Assembly: GCA_964016885.1 (NCBI GenBank)
Contig: OZ024740.1
Coordinates: 13,578,001-13,642,000 of the forward strand
Direction: 5' to 3'
Source: Eledone cirrhosa
Taxonomy: Eukaryota
Length of the DNA: 64,000 nt
The notes under the pieces are model-generated. The model was not told the DNA's origin. It saw only the letters and a list, made by a program, of their open reading frames with translations, and ran no database searches. The position numbers and the translations under genes were made by a program. Of this stretch, positions 1-12,699 are shown piece by piece; within the stretch, counting starts at the first letter, position 1; each line of letters begins with the position of its first letter.

Positions 1-2829
1 TCTGGTAGTCAGAATGGTGTTCTGGTAGTCAGAATGGTGTTCTGGTAGTCAGAATGGTGTTCTGGTAGTCAAAATGGTGTTCTGGTAGTCAGAATGTTTT
101 TTCTGGTAGTCAGAATGGTGTTCTGGTAGTCAGAGTGGTGTTCTGGTAGTCAGAATGGTGTTCTGGTAGTCAATATGGTGTTCTGATAGTCACAATGGTG
201 TTCTGGTAGTCAGACTGGTGTTCTGGTAGTCAGAATGGTGTTCTGGTAGTCAGAATAGTTCTGGTAGTCAGACTGATGTTCTGGTAGTCAGAATGGTGTT
301 CTGGTAGTCAGACTGGTGTTCTGGTAGTCAGACTGGTGTTTTTGGTAGTCAGAATGGTGTTCTGGTAGTCAGAATGGTGTTCTGGTAGTCAGACTTATGT
401 TCTGGTAGTCAGAATTTTGTTCTGGTAGTCAGAATGGTGTTCTAATAGTCATAATGTTGTTCTGGTAGTCAGAATGGTGTTCTGGTAGTCAGAATGGTGT
501 TCTGGTAGTCAGAATGGTGTTCTGTTAGTCAAAATGGTGTTCTGGTAGTCAAAATGGTGTTCTGGTAGTCAGAATGGTGTTCTGGTAGTCAGAATGGTGT
601 TCTGGTAGTCAGAATGGTGTTCTGGTAGTCAAAATGGTGTTCTGGTATTCAAAATGGTGTTCTGATAGTCAGACTGGTGTTCTGGTAGTCAGACTGGTGT
701 TCTAGTAGTCAGAATAGTTCTGGTAGTCAGACTGATGTTTTGGTAGTCAGAATGGTGTTCTGGTAGTCAGACTGGTGTTCTGGTAGTCAGACTGGTGTTC
801 TGGTAGTCAAAATGGTGTTCTGGTAGTCAAAATGGTGTTCTGGTAGTCAGAATGGTGTTCTGGTAGTCAGACTGGTGTTCTAGTAGTCATAATGGTGTTC
901 TGGTAGTCAGAATGGCGTTCTGGTAGTCAGAATGGTGTTCTGGTAGTCAGACTGATGTTCTGGTAGTCAGAATGGTGTTCTGGTAGTCAGAATGGTGTTC
1001 TGGTAGTCAGACTGATGTTCTGGTAGTCAGAATGGTGTTCTGCTAGTCAGAATGGTGTTCTGGCAGTCAGACTGGTGTTCTGGTAGTGAGAATGGTGTTC
1101 TGGTAGTCAGAATGGTGTTCTGGTAGTCAGAATGGTGTTCTGGTAGTCAGAATGGTGTTCTGGTAGTCAGAATGGTGTTCTTGTAGTCAGACTGCTGTTC
1201 TGGTTGTCAGAATGGTGTTCTGGTAGTCAGACTGATGTTCTGGTAGTCAGACTGGTGTTCTGGTAGTCAGACTGGTGTTCTGGTAGTCAGACTGGTGTTC
1301 TGGTAGTCAGAATGGTGTTCTGGTAGTCACAATGGTGTTCTGCTAGTCAGAATGGTGTTCTGGTAGTTAGAATGGATTTTCTGGTAGTCAGAATGGTGTT
1401 CTGGTAGTCCGAATGGTGTTTCGGTAGTCAGAATGGTGTTCTGGTAGTCAGACTGCTATTCTGGTAGTCAGACTGGTGTTCTGGTAGTCAGACTTGTTCT
1501 GGTAGTCAGACTAGTGTTCTGGTAGTCAGACTGGTGTTCTGGTAGTCAGAATGGTGTTCTGGTAGTTAGAATGGTTCTGGTAGTCAGAATGGTCTTCTGG
1601 TAGTCAGAATGGTGTTCTGGTAGTCAGACTGGTGTTCTGGTAGTCAGAATGGTGTTCTGGTAGTCAGCCTGGTGTTCTGGTAGTCAGAATGCTATTCTGG
1701 TAGTCAGACTGGTGTTCTGGTAGTCAGACTTGTTCTGGTAGTCAGACTAGTGTTCTGGCAGTCAGACTGGTGTTCTGGTAGTCAGAATGGTGTTCTGGTA
1801 GTCAGAATGGTTCTGATAGTCAGAATGGTTCTGGTAGTCAGAATGGTTCTGGTAGTCAGAAGGGTGTTCTGGTAGTCAGAATGGTGTTCTGGTAGTCAGA
1901 ATGGTGTTCTGGTAGTCAGACTGGTGCTATGGTAGTTACAATGGTGTTCTGGTAGTCAGAATGGTTCTGGTAGTGAGAATGGTGTTCTGGTAGTCAGAAG
2001 GTGTTCTGGTAGTCAGAATGGTGTTCTGGTAGTCAGAATGGTTCTGGTAGTGAGAATGGTGTTCTGGTAGTCAGAATGGTCTTCTGGTAGTCAGAATGGT
2101 GTTCTGGTAGTCAAAATGGTGTTCTGGTAGTCAGAATGGTGTTCTGGTAGTCAGAATGGTGTTCTGGTAGTCAGAATGGTGTTCTAGTAGTCAAAATGGT
2201 GTTCTGGTAGTCATAATGGTGTTCTGGTAGTCAGAATGGTGTTCTGGTAGTCAGAATGGTGTTCTGGTAGTCACAATGGTGTTCTGGTAGTCAGAATGTT
2301 TTTTCTGGTAGTCAAAATGGTGTTCTGGTAGTCAGAATGGTGTTCTGGTAGTCAGAATGGTGTTCTGGTAGTCAAAATGGTGTTCTGATAGTCACAATGG
2401 TGTTCTGGTAGTCAGACTGGTGTTCTGGTAGTCAGAATGGTGTTCTGGTAGTCAGAATAGTTCTGGTAGTCAGACTGATGTTCTGGTAGTCAGAATGGTG
2501 TTCTGGTAGTCAGACTGGTGTTCTGGTAGTCAGACTGGTGTTTTTGGTAGTCAGAATGGTGTTCTGGTAGTCAGAATGGTGTTCTGGTAGTCAGACTTAT
2601 GTTCTGGTAGTCAGAATTTTGTTCTGGTAGTCAGAATGGTGTTCTAATAGTCAGAATGTTGTTCTGGTAGTCAGAATGGTGTTCTGGTAGTCAGAATGGT
2701 GTTCTGGTAGTCAGAATGGTGTTCTGTTAGTCAAAATGGTGTTCTGGTAGTCAAAATGGTGTTCTGGTAGTCAGAATGGTGTTCTGGTAGTCAGAATGGT
2801 GTTCTGGTAGTCAGAATGGTGTTCTGGTT

Positions 2830-5800
2830 GTCAAAATGGTGTTCTGGTATTCAAAATGGTGTTCTGATAGTCAGACTGGTGTTCTGGTAGTCAGACTGGT
2901 GTTCTAGTAGTCAGAATAGTTCTGGTAGTCAGACTGATGTTTTGGTAGTCAGAATGGTGTTCTGGTAGTCAGACTGGTGTTCTGGTAGTCAGACTGGTGT
3001 TCTGGTAGTCAAAATGGTGTTCTGGTAGTCAAAATGGTGTTCTGCTAGTCAGAATGGTGTTCTGGTAGTCAGACTGGTGTTCTAGTAGTCATAATGGTGT
3101 TCTGGTAGTCAGAATGGTGTTCTGGTAGTCAGACTGATGTTCTGGTAGTCAGAATGGTGTTCTGCTAGTCAGAATGGTGTTCTGGCAGTCAGACTGGTGT
3201 TCTGGTAGTGAGAATGGTGTTCTGGTAGTCAGAATGGTGTTCTGGTAGTCAGAATGGTGTTCTGGTAGTCAGAATGGTGTTCTGGTAGTCAGAATGGTGT
3301 TCTTGTAGTCAGACTGCTGTTCTGGTAGTCAGAATGGTGTTCTGGTAGTCAGACTGATGTTCTGGTAGTCAGACTGGTGTTCTGGTAGTCAGACTGGTGT
3401 TCTGGTAGTCAGACTGGTGTTCTGGTAGTCAGAATGGTGTTCTGGTAGTCAGAATGGTGTTCTGGTAGTCAGAATGGTGTTCTGGTAGTTAGAATGGATT
3501 TTCTGGTAGTCAGAATGGTGTTCTGGTAGTCCGAATGGTGTTCCGGTAGTCAGAATGGTGTTCTGGTAGTCAGACTGCTATTCTGGTAGTCAGACTGGTG
3601 TTCTGGTAGTCAGACTTGTTCTGGTAGTCAGACTAGTGTTCTGGTAGTCAGACTGGTGTTCTGGTAGTCAGAATGGTGTTCTGGTAGTTAGAATGGTTCT
3701 GGTAGTCAGAATGGTCTTCTGGTAGTCAGAATGGTGTTCTGGTAGTCAGACTGGTGTTCTGGTAGTCAGAATGGTGTTCTGGTAGTCAGCCTGGTGTTCT
3801 GGTAGTCAGACTGCTATTCTGGTAGTCAGACTGGTGTTCTGGTAGTCAGACTTGTTCTGGTAGTCAGACTAGTGTTCTGGCAGTCAGACTGGTTTTCTGG
3901 TAGTCAGAATGGTGTTCTGGTAGTCAGAATGGTTCTGATAGTCAGAATGGTTCTGGTAGTCAGAATGGTTCTGGTAGTCAGAAGGGTGTTCTGGTAGTCA
4001 GAATGGTGTTCTGGTAGTCAGAATGGTGTTCTGGTAGTCAGACTGGTGCTATGGTAGTTACAATGGTGTTCTGGTAGTCAGAATGGTTCTGGTAGTGAGA
4101 ATGGTGTTCTGGTAGTCAGAATGGTGTTCTGGTAGTCAGAATGGTGTTCTGGTAGTCAGAATGGTTCTGGTAGTGAGAATGGTGTTCTGGTAGTCAGAAT
4201 GGTCTTCTGGTAGTCAGAATGGTGTTCTGCTAGTCAGAATGGTGTTCTGGTAGTCAGACTGGTGTTCTGGTAGTCAGAATGGTGTTCTGGTAGTCAGAAT
4301 GGTGTTCTGGTAGTCAGAATGGTTCTGGTAGTGAGAATGGTGTTCTGGTAGTCAGAATGGTGTTCTGGTAGTCAGAATGGTGTTCTGGTAGTCAGAATGG
4401 TGTTCTGGTAGTCAGACTGGTGTTCTGGTAGTCAGAATGGTGTTCTGGTAGTCAGACTGATGTTCTGATAGTCAGACTGGTGTTCTGGTAGTCAGACTGG
4501 TGTTCTGGTAGTCAGAATGGTGTTCTGGTAGTCAGAATGGTTCTGGTAGTCAGAATGGTTTTCTGGTAGTCAGAATGGTGTTGTGGTAGTCAGAATGGTG
4601 TTCTGGTAGTCAGAATGGTCTTCTGGTAGTCAGAATGGTTCTGGTAGTCAGAATGGTGTTCTGGTAGTCAGAATGGTGTTCTGGTAGTCAGAATGGTTCT
4701 GGTAGTCAGAATGGTTCTGGTAGTCAGAATGGTGTTCTGGTAGTCAGAATGGTGTTGTGGTAGTCAGAATGGTGTTCTGGTAGTCAGAATGGTTCTGGTA
4801 GTCAGAAAGGTTCTGGTAGTCAGAAAGGTGTTCTGGTAGTCAGAATGGTGTTCTGGTAGTCAGAATGGTGTTCTGGTATACAGACTTGTGTTCTGGTAAT
4901 CAGACTGGTGTTCATGTAGTCAGAATGGTGTTCTGGTAGTCAGACTGGTGTTCTCGTAGTCAGACTGGTGTTCTGGTAGTCAGAATGGTGTTCTGGTAGT
5001 CAGAATGGTGTTCTGGTAGTCAGAATGGTGTTCTGGTAGTCAGAATGATATTCTTGTAGTCAGAATGGTGTTCTGGTAGTCAGAATGGTGTTCCGGTAGT
5101 CAGAATAGTGTTATGGTAATCAGAATGGTGTTCTAGTAGTCAGAAGGGTTCTGGTAGTCAGAATGGTGTTCTGGTAGTCAGAATGGTGTTCTGGTAGTCA
5201 GAATGGTGTTCTGGTAGTCAGAATGGTGTTCTAGTAGTCAGAATGGTGTTCTGCTAGTCAGAATGGTGTTCTGGTAGTCAGAATGGTGTTCTGGTAGTCA
5301 GAATCGTGTTCTGGTAGTCACAATGGTGTTCTGGTAGTCAGAATGGTGTTCTGGTAGTCAGAATGGTGTTCTGGTAGTCAGAATGGTGTTCTGGTAGTCA
5401 GACTGATGTTCTGGTAGTCAGAATGGTGTTCTGTTAGTCAGAATGGTGTTCTGGTAGTCAGAATGATGTTCTGGTAGTCAGAATGGTGTTCTGGTAGTCA
5501 AAATGGTGTTCTGGTAGTCAAAATGGTGTTCTGGTAGTCAGAATGGTGTTCTGGTAGTCAGACTTGTTCTGGTAGTCAGACTAGTGTTCTGGTAGTCATA
5601 CTGGTGTTCTGGTAGTCAGAATGGTGTTCTGGTAGTCAGAATGGTTCTGGTAGTCAGAATGGTTCTGGTAGTCAGAAGGGTGTTCTGGTAGTCAGAATGG
5701 TGTTCTGGTAGTCAGAATGGTGTTCTGGTAGTCAGAATGGTGTTCTGGTAGTCAAAATGGTGTTCTGGTAGTCAAAATGGTGTTCTGGTAGTCAGAATGG

Positions 5801-8800
5801 TGTTCTGGTAGTCAGAATGGTGTTCTGGTAGTCAGAATGGTGTTCTGGTAGTCAGAATGGTGTTCTGTTAATCAGACTGATGTTCTGGTAGTCAGAATGG
5901 TGTTCTGGTAGTCAGAATGATGTTCTGGTAGTCAAAATGGTGTTCTGGTAGTCAGAATGGTGTTCTGATAGTCAGAATGGTGTTCTGGTAGTCAGAATGG
6001 TGTTCTGGTAGTCAAAATGGTGTTCTGGTAGTCAGAATGGTGTTCTGGTAGTCAGAATGGTGTTCTGGTAGTCAAAATGGTGTTCTGTTAGTCAAAATGG
6101 TGTTCTGGTAGTCAGAAAGGTGTTCTGGTTGTCAGAATGGTGTTCTGGTAGTCAGAATGGTGTTCTGGCAGTCAGAATGGTGTTCTGGTAGTCAGACTGG
6201 TGTTCTGGTAGTCAGAATGGTGTTCTGGTAGTCAGAATGGTGTTCTGGTAGTCAGAATGATGTTCTGGTAGTCAAAATGGTGTTCTGGTAGTCAGAATAG
6301 TGTTCTAGTAGTCAGAGTGGTGTTCTGGTAGTCAAAATGGTGTTCTGGTAGTCAGAATTGTGTTCTGGTAGTCAAAATGGTGTTCTGGTAGTCAGAATGG
6401 TGTTCTGGTAGTCAGAATGGTGTTCTGGTAGTCAGAATGGTGTTCTGGTAGTCAGAATGGTGTTCTGGTAGTCAAAATGGTGTTCTGGTAGTCAAAATGG
6501 TGTTCTGGTAGTCAGAATGGTGTTCTGGTAGTCAGAATGGTGTTCTGGTAGTCAGAATGGTGTTCTGGTAGTCAGAATGGTGTTCTGGTAGTCAAAATGG
6601 TTTTATGGTAGTCAGAATGGTGTTCTGGTAGTCAGAATGGTGTTCTGGTAGTCAGAATGGTGTTCTGGTAGTCAAAATGGTGTTCTGGTAGTCAGAATGG
6701 TGTTCTGATAGTCAGAATGGTGTTCTGGTAGTCAAAATGGTGTTCTGGTATTCAAAATGGTGTTCTGATAGTCAGACTGGTGTTCTGGTAGTCAGACTGG
6801 TGTTCTAGTAGTCAGAATAGTTCTGGTAGTCAGACTGATGTTTTGGTAGTCAGAATGGTGTTCTGGTAGTCAGACTGGTGTTCTGGTAGTCAGACTGGTG
6901 TTCTGGTAGTCAAAATGGTGTTCTGGTAGTCAAAATGGTGTTCTGCTAGTCAGAATGGTGTTCTGGTAGTCAGACTGGTGTTCTAGTAGTCATAATGGTG
7001 TTCTGGGAGTCAGAATGGTGTTCTGGTAGTCAGACTGATGTTCTGGTAGTCAGAATGGTGTTCTGCTAGTCAGAATGGTGTTCTGGCAGTCAGACTGGTG
7101 TTCTGGTAGTGAGAATGGTGTTCTGGTAGTCAGAATGGTGTTCTGGTAGTCAGAATGGTGTTCTGGTAGTCAGAATGGTGTTCTGGTAGTCAGAATGGTG
7201 TTCTTGTAGTCAGACTGCTGTTCTGGTAGTCAGAATGGTGTTCTGGTAGTCAGACTGATGTTCTGGTAGTCAGACTGGTGTTCTGGTAGTCAGACTGGTG
7301 TTCTGGTAGTCAGACTGGTGTTCTGGTAGTCAGAATGGTGTTCTGGTAGTCAGAATGGTGTTCTGGTAGTCAGAATGGTGTTCTGGTAGTTAGAATGGAT
7401 TTTCTGGTAGTCAGAATGGTGTTCTGGTAGTCCGAATGGTGTTCCGGTAGTCAGAATGGTGTTCTGGTAGTCAGACTGCTATTCTGGTAGTCAGACTGGT
7501 GTTCTGGTAGTCAGACTTGTTCTGGTAGTCAGACTAGTGTTCTGGTAGTCAGACTGGTGTTCTGGTAGTCAGAATGGTGTTCTGGTAGTTAGAATGGTTC
7601 TGGTAGTCAGAATGGTCTTCTGGTAGTCAGAATGGTGTTCTGGTAGTCAGACTGGTGTTCTGGTAGTCAGAATGGTGTTCTGGTAGTCAGCCTGGTGTTC
7701 TGGTAGTCAGACTGCTATTCTGGTAGTCAGACTGGTGTTCTGGTAGTCAGACTTGTTCTGGTAGTCAGACTAGTGTTCTGGCAGTCAGACTGGTGTTCTG
7801 GTAGTCAGAATGGTGTTCTGGTAGTCAGAATGGTTCTGATAGTCAGAATGGTTCTGGTAGTCAGAATGGTTCTGGTAGTCAGAAGGGTGTTCTGGTAGTC
7901 AGAATGGTGTTCTGGTAGTCAGAATGGTGTTCTGGTAGTCAGACTGGTGCTATGGTAGTTACAATGGTGTTCTGGTAGTCAGAATGGTTCTGGTAGTGAG
8001 AATGGTGTTCTGGTAGTCAGAATGGTGTTCTGGTAGTCAGAATGGTGTTCTGGTAGTCAGAATGGTTCTGGTAGTGAGAATGGTGTTCTGGTAGTCAGAA
8101 TGGTCTTCTGGTAGTCAGAATGGTGTTCTGCTAGTCAGAATGGTGTTCTGGTAGTCAGACTGGTGTTCTGGTAGTCAGAATGGTGTTCTGGTAGTCAGAA
8201 TGGTGTTCTGGTAGTCAGAATGGTTCTGGTAGTGAGAATGGTGTTCTGGTAGTCAGAATGGTGTTCTGGTAGTCAGAATGGTGTTCTGGTAGTCAGAATG
8301 GTGTTCTGGTAGTCAGACTGGTGTTCTGGTAGTCAGAATGGTGTTCTGGTAGTCAGACTGATGTTCTGATAGTCAGACTGGTGTTCTGGTAGTCAGACTG
8401 GTGTTCTGGTAGTCAGAATGGTGTTCTGGTAGTCAGAATGGTTCTGGTAGTCAGAATGGTTTTCTGGTAGTCAGAATGGTGTTGTGGTAGTCAGAATGGT
8501 GTTCTGGTAGTCAGAATGGTCTTCTGGTAGTCAGAATGGTTCTGGTAGTCAGAATGGTGTTCTGGTAGTCAGAATGGTGTTCTGGTAGTCAGAATGGTTC
8601 TGGTAGTCAGAATGGTTCTGGTAGTCAGAATGGTGTTCTGGTAGTCAGAATGGTGTTGTGGTAGTCAGAATGGTGTTCTGGTAGTCAGAATGGTTCTGGT
8701 AGTCAGAAAGGTTCTGGTAGTCAGAAAGGTGTTCTGGTAGTCAGAATGGTGTTCTGGTAGTCAGAATGGTGTTCTGGTATACAGACTTGTGTTCTGGTAA

Positions 8801-10650
8801 TCAGACTGGTGTTCATGTAGTCAGAATGGTGTTCTGGTAGTCAGACTGGTGTTCTCGTAGTCAGACTGGTGTTCTGGTAGTCAGAATGGTGTTCTGGTAG
8901 TCAGAATGGTGTTCTGGTAGTCAGAATGGTGTTCTGGTAGTCAGAATGATATTCTTGTAGTCAGAATGGTGTTCTGGTAGTCAGAATGGTGTTCCGGTAG
9001 TCAGAATAGTGTTATGGTAATCAGAATGGTGTTCTAGTAGTCAGAAGGGTTCTGGTAGTCAGAATGGTGTTCTGGTAGTCAGAATGGTGTTCTGGTAGTC
9101 AGAATGGTGTTCTGGTAGTCAGAATGGTGTTCTAGTAGTCAGAATGGTGTTCTGCTAGTCAGAATGGTGTTCTGGTAGTCAGAATGGTGTTCTGGTAGTC
9201 AGAATCGTGTTCTGGTAGTCACAATGGTGTTCAGGTAGTCAGAATGGTGTTCTGGTAGTCAGAATGGTGTTCTGGTAGTCAGAATGGTGTTCTGGTAGTC
9301 AGACTGATGTTCTGGTAGTCAGAATGGTGTTCTGTTAGTCAGAATGGTGTTCTGGTAGTCAGAATGATGTTCTGGTAGTCAGAATGGTGTTCTGGTAGTC
9401 AAAATGGTGTTCTGGTAGTCAAAATGGTGTTCTGGTAGTCAGAATGGTGTTCTGGTAGTCAGACTTGTTCTGGTAGTCAGACTAGTGTTCTGGTAGTCAT
9501 ACTGGTGTTCTGGTAGTCAGAATGGTGTTCTGGTAGTCAGAATGGTTCTGGTAGTCAGAATGGTTCTGGTAGTCAGAAGGGTGTTCTGGTAGTCAGAATG
9601 GTGTTCTGGTAGTCAGAATGGTGTTCTGGTAGTCAGAATGGTGTTCTGGTAGTCAAAATGGTGTTCTGGTAGTCAAAATGGTGTTCTGGTAGTCAGAATG
9701 GTGTTCTGGTAGTCAGAATGGTGTTCTGGTAGTCAGAATGGTGTTCTGGTAGTCAGAATGGTGTTCTGTTAATCAGACTGATGTTCTGGTAGTCAGAATG
9801 GTGTTCTGGTAGTCAGAATGATGTTCTGGTAGTCAAAATGGTGTTCTGGTAGTCAGAATGGTGTTCTGATAGTCAGAATGGTGTTCTGGTAGTCAGAATG
9901 GTGTTCTGGTAGTCAAAATGGTGTTCTGGTAGTCAGAATGGTGTTCTGGTAGTCAGAATGGTGTTCTGGTAGTCAAAATGGTGTTCTGTTAGTCAAAATG
10001 GTGTTCTGGTAGTCAGAAAGGTGTTCTGGTTGTCAGAATGGTGTTCTGGTAGTCAGAATGGTGTTCTGGCAGTCAGAATGGTGTTCTGGTAGTCAGACTG
10101 GTGTTCTGGTAGTCAGAATGGTGTTCTGGTAGTCAGAATGGTGTTCTGGTAGTCAGAATGATGTTCTGGTAGTCAAAATGGTGTTCTGGTAGTCAGAATA
10201 GTGTTCTAGTAGTCAGAGTGGTGTTCTGGTAGTCAAAATGGTGTTCTGGTAGTCAGAATTGTGTTCTGGTAGTCAAAATGGTGTTCTGGTAGTCAGAATG
10301 GTGTTCTGGTAGTCAGAATGGTGTTCTGGTAGTCAGAATGGTGTTCTGGTAGTCAGAATGGTGTTCTGGTAGTCAAAATGGTGTTCTGGTAGTCAAAATG
10401 GTGTTCTGGTAGTCAGAATGGTGTTCTGGTAGTCAGAATGGTGTTCTGGTAGTCAGAATGGTGTTCTGGTAGTCAGAATGGTGTTCTGGTAGTCAGAATG
10501 GCGTTCTGGTAGTCAAAATGGTTTTATGGTAGTCAGAATGGTGTTCTGGTAGTCAGAATGGTGTTCTGGTAGTCAGAATGGTGTTCTGGTAGTCAAAATG
10601 GTGTTCTGGTAGTCAGAATGGTGTTCTGATAGTCAGAATGGTGTTCTGGT
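2830..10650. repeat. Tandem duplication, period 3901 bp (3921 bp near the end)
   Basis: Marker TATTCAAAAT at 2848 and 6749; marker TATACAGACTTGTG at 4877 and 8778; TTTTATGG at 6601 and 10522 (one extra monomer). Confidence 0.9.
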
Positions 10651-12699
10651 AGTCAGAATGGTGTTCTGGTAATCAAAATGGTGTTCTGGTAGTCAGAATG
10701 GTGTTCTGGTAGTCAGAATGGTGTTCTGGTAGTCAAAATTGTGTTCTGTTAGTCAAAATGGTGTTCTGGTAGTCAGAAAGGTGTTCTGGTTGTCAGAATG
10801 GTGTTCTGGTAGTCAGAATGGTGTTTTGGCAGTCAGAATGGTGTTCTGGTAGTCAGAATGGTGTTCTGGTAGTCAGACTGGTGTTCTGGTAGTCAGAATG
10901 GTGTTCTGGTAGTCAGAATGGTGTTCTGGTAGTCAGAATGATGTTCTGGTAGTCAAAATGGTGTTCTGGTAGTCAGAATAGTGTTCTAGTAGTCAGAGTG
11001 GTGTTCTGGTAGTCAAAATGGTGTTCTGGTAGTCAGAATTGTGTTCTGATAGTCAAAATGGTGTTCTGGTAGTCAAAATGGTGTTCTGGTAGTCAGAATG
11101 GTGTTCTGGTAGTCAGAATGGTGTTCTGGTACTCAGAATGGTGTTCTGGTAGTCAGAATGGTGTTCTGATACTCAAAATGGTGTTCTGGTAGTCAGAATG
11201 GTGTTCTGGTAGTCAAAATGGTGTTCTGGTAGTCAAAATGGTGTTCTGTTAGTCAGAATGGTGTTCTGGTAATCAGAATGGTGTTCTGGTAGTCAGAATG
11301 GTGTTCTGGTATTCAGACTGATGTTCTGGTAGTCAGAATGGTGTTCTGGTAGTCAGAATGGCGTTCTGGTAGTCAAAATGGTTTTATGGTAGTCAGAATG
11401 GTGTTCTGGTAGTCAGAATGGTGTTCTGGTAGTCAGAATGGTGTTTTGATAGTCAGAATGGTGTTCTGGTAGTCAGACTGATGTTCTGGTAGTCAGAATG
11501 GTGTTCTGGTAGTCAGAATGGTGTTCTGGTAGTCAAAATGGTGTTCTGGTAGTCAGAATGGTGTTCTGATAGTCAAAATGGTGTTCTGGTAGTCAAAATG
11601 GTGTTCTGGTAGTCAGAATGGTGTTCTGGTAGTCAGAATGGTGTTTTGGTAGTCAGAATGGTGTTCTGGTAGTCAAAATGGTGTTCTGGTAGTCAAAATG
11701 GTGTTCTGGTAGTCAGACTGGTGTTCTGGTAGTCAGACTGGTGTTCTAGTAGTCATTATGGTGTTCTGGTAGTCAGAATGGTGTTCTGGTAGTCAGAATG
11801 GTGTTCTGGTAGTCAGAATGGTGTTCTGGTAGTCAAAATGGTGTTCTGGTAGTCAGAATGGTGTTCTGGTAGTCAGAATGGTGTTCTGGTAGTCAGAATG
11901 GTGTTCTGGTAGTCAGAATGGTGTTCTGGTAGTCAGACTGATGTTCTGGTAGTCAGAATGGTGTTCTGGTAGTCAGAATGGTGTTCTGGTAGTCAAAATG
12001 GTGTTCTGGTAGTCAGAATGGTGTTCTGGTAGTCAGAATGGTGTTCTAGTAGTCAGAATGGTGTTCTGGTAGTCAAAATGGTGTTCTGTTAGTCAGGATG
12101 GTGTTCTGGTAGTCAAAATGGTGTTTTGGTACTCAGAATGGTGTTCTGGTAGTCAGAATCGTGTTCTGGTAGTCAGAATGGTGTTCTGGTAGTCAGAATG
12201 GTGTTCTGGTAGACAGGATGGTGTTCTGGTAGTCAGAATGGTGTTCTGGTATACAAAATGGTGTTCTGGTAGTCAAAATGGTGTTCTGGTAGTCAGAATG
12301 GTGTTCTGGTAGACAGACTGGTGTTCTGGTAGTCAGACTGGTATTCTGGTAGTCAGACTGGTCTTCTGGTAGTCAGACTTGTTCTGATAGTCAGCCTGGT
12401 GTTCTGTTAGTCAGAATGGTGTTCTGGTAGTCAGACTGGAGTTTTGGTAGTCAGAATGGTGTTCTGATAGTCAGAATGGTGTTCTGGTAGTCAGAATGGT
12501 GTTCTGGTAGTCAAAATGGTGTTCTGGTAGTCATAATGGTGTTCTGGTAGTCAGAATGGTGTTCTGGTAGTCAAAATGGTGTTCTGTTAGTCAAAATGGT
12601 GTTCTGGTAGTCAGAAAGGTGTTCTGGTTGTCAGAATGGTGTTCTGGTAGTCAGAATGGTGTTCTGGCAGTCTGAATGGTGTTCTGGTAGTCAGAATGG

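Noticed and set aside
11-23. Transcription-factor site arrays: heat-shock element (GAA/TTC), steroid-receptor half-site TGTTCT, TEA/TEAD-like CATTCT on the - strand
   Set aside because: GAA-TTC spacing is 5 and 9 nt rather than the 2 nt of an HSE; only a half-site of the steroid element is present; 6-bp matches are uninformative without organism or binding data.
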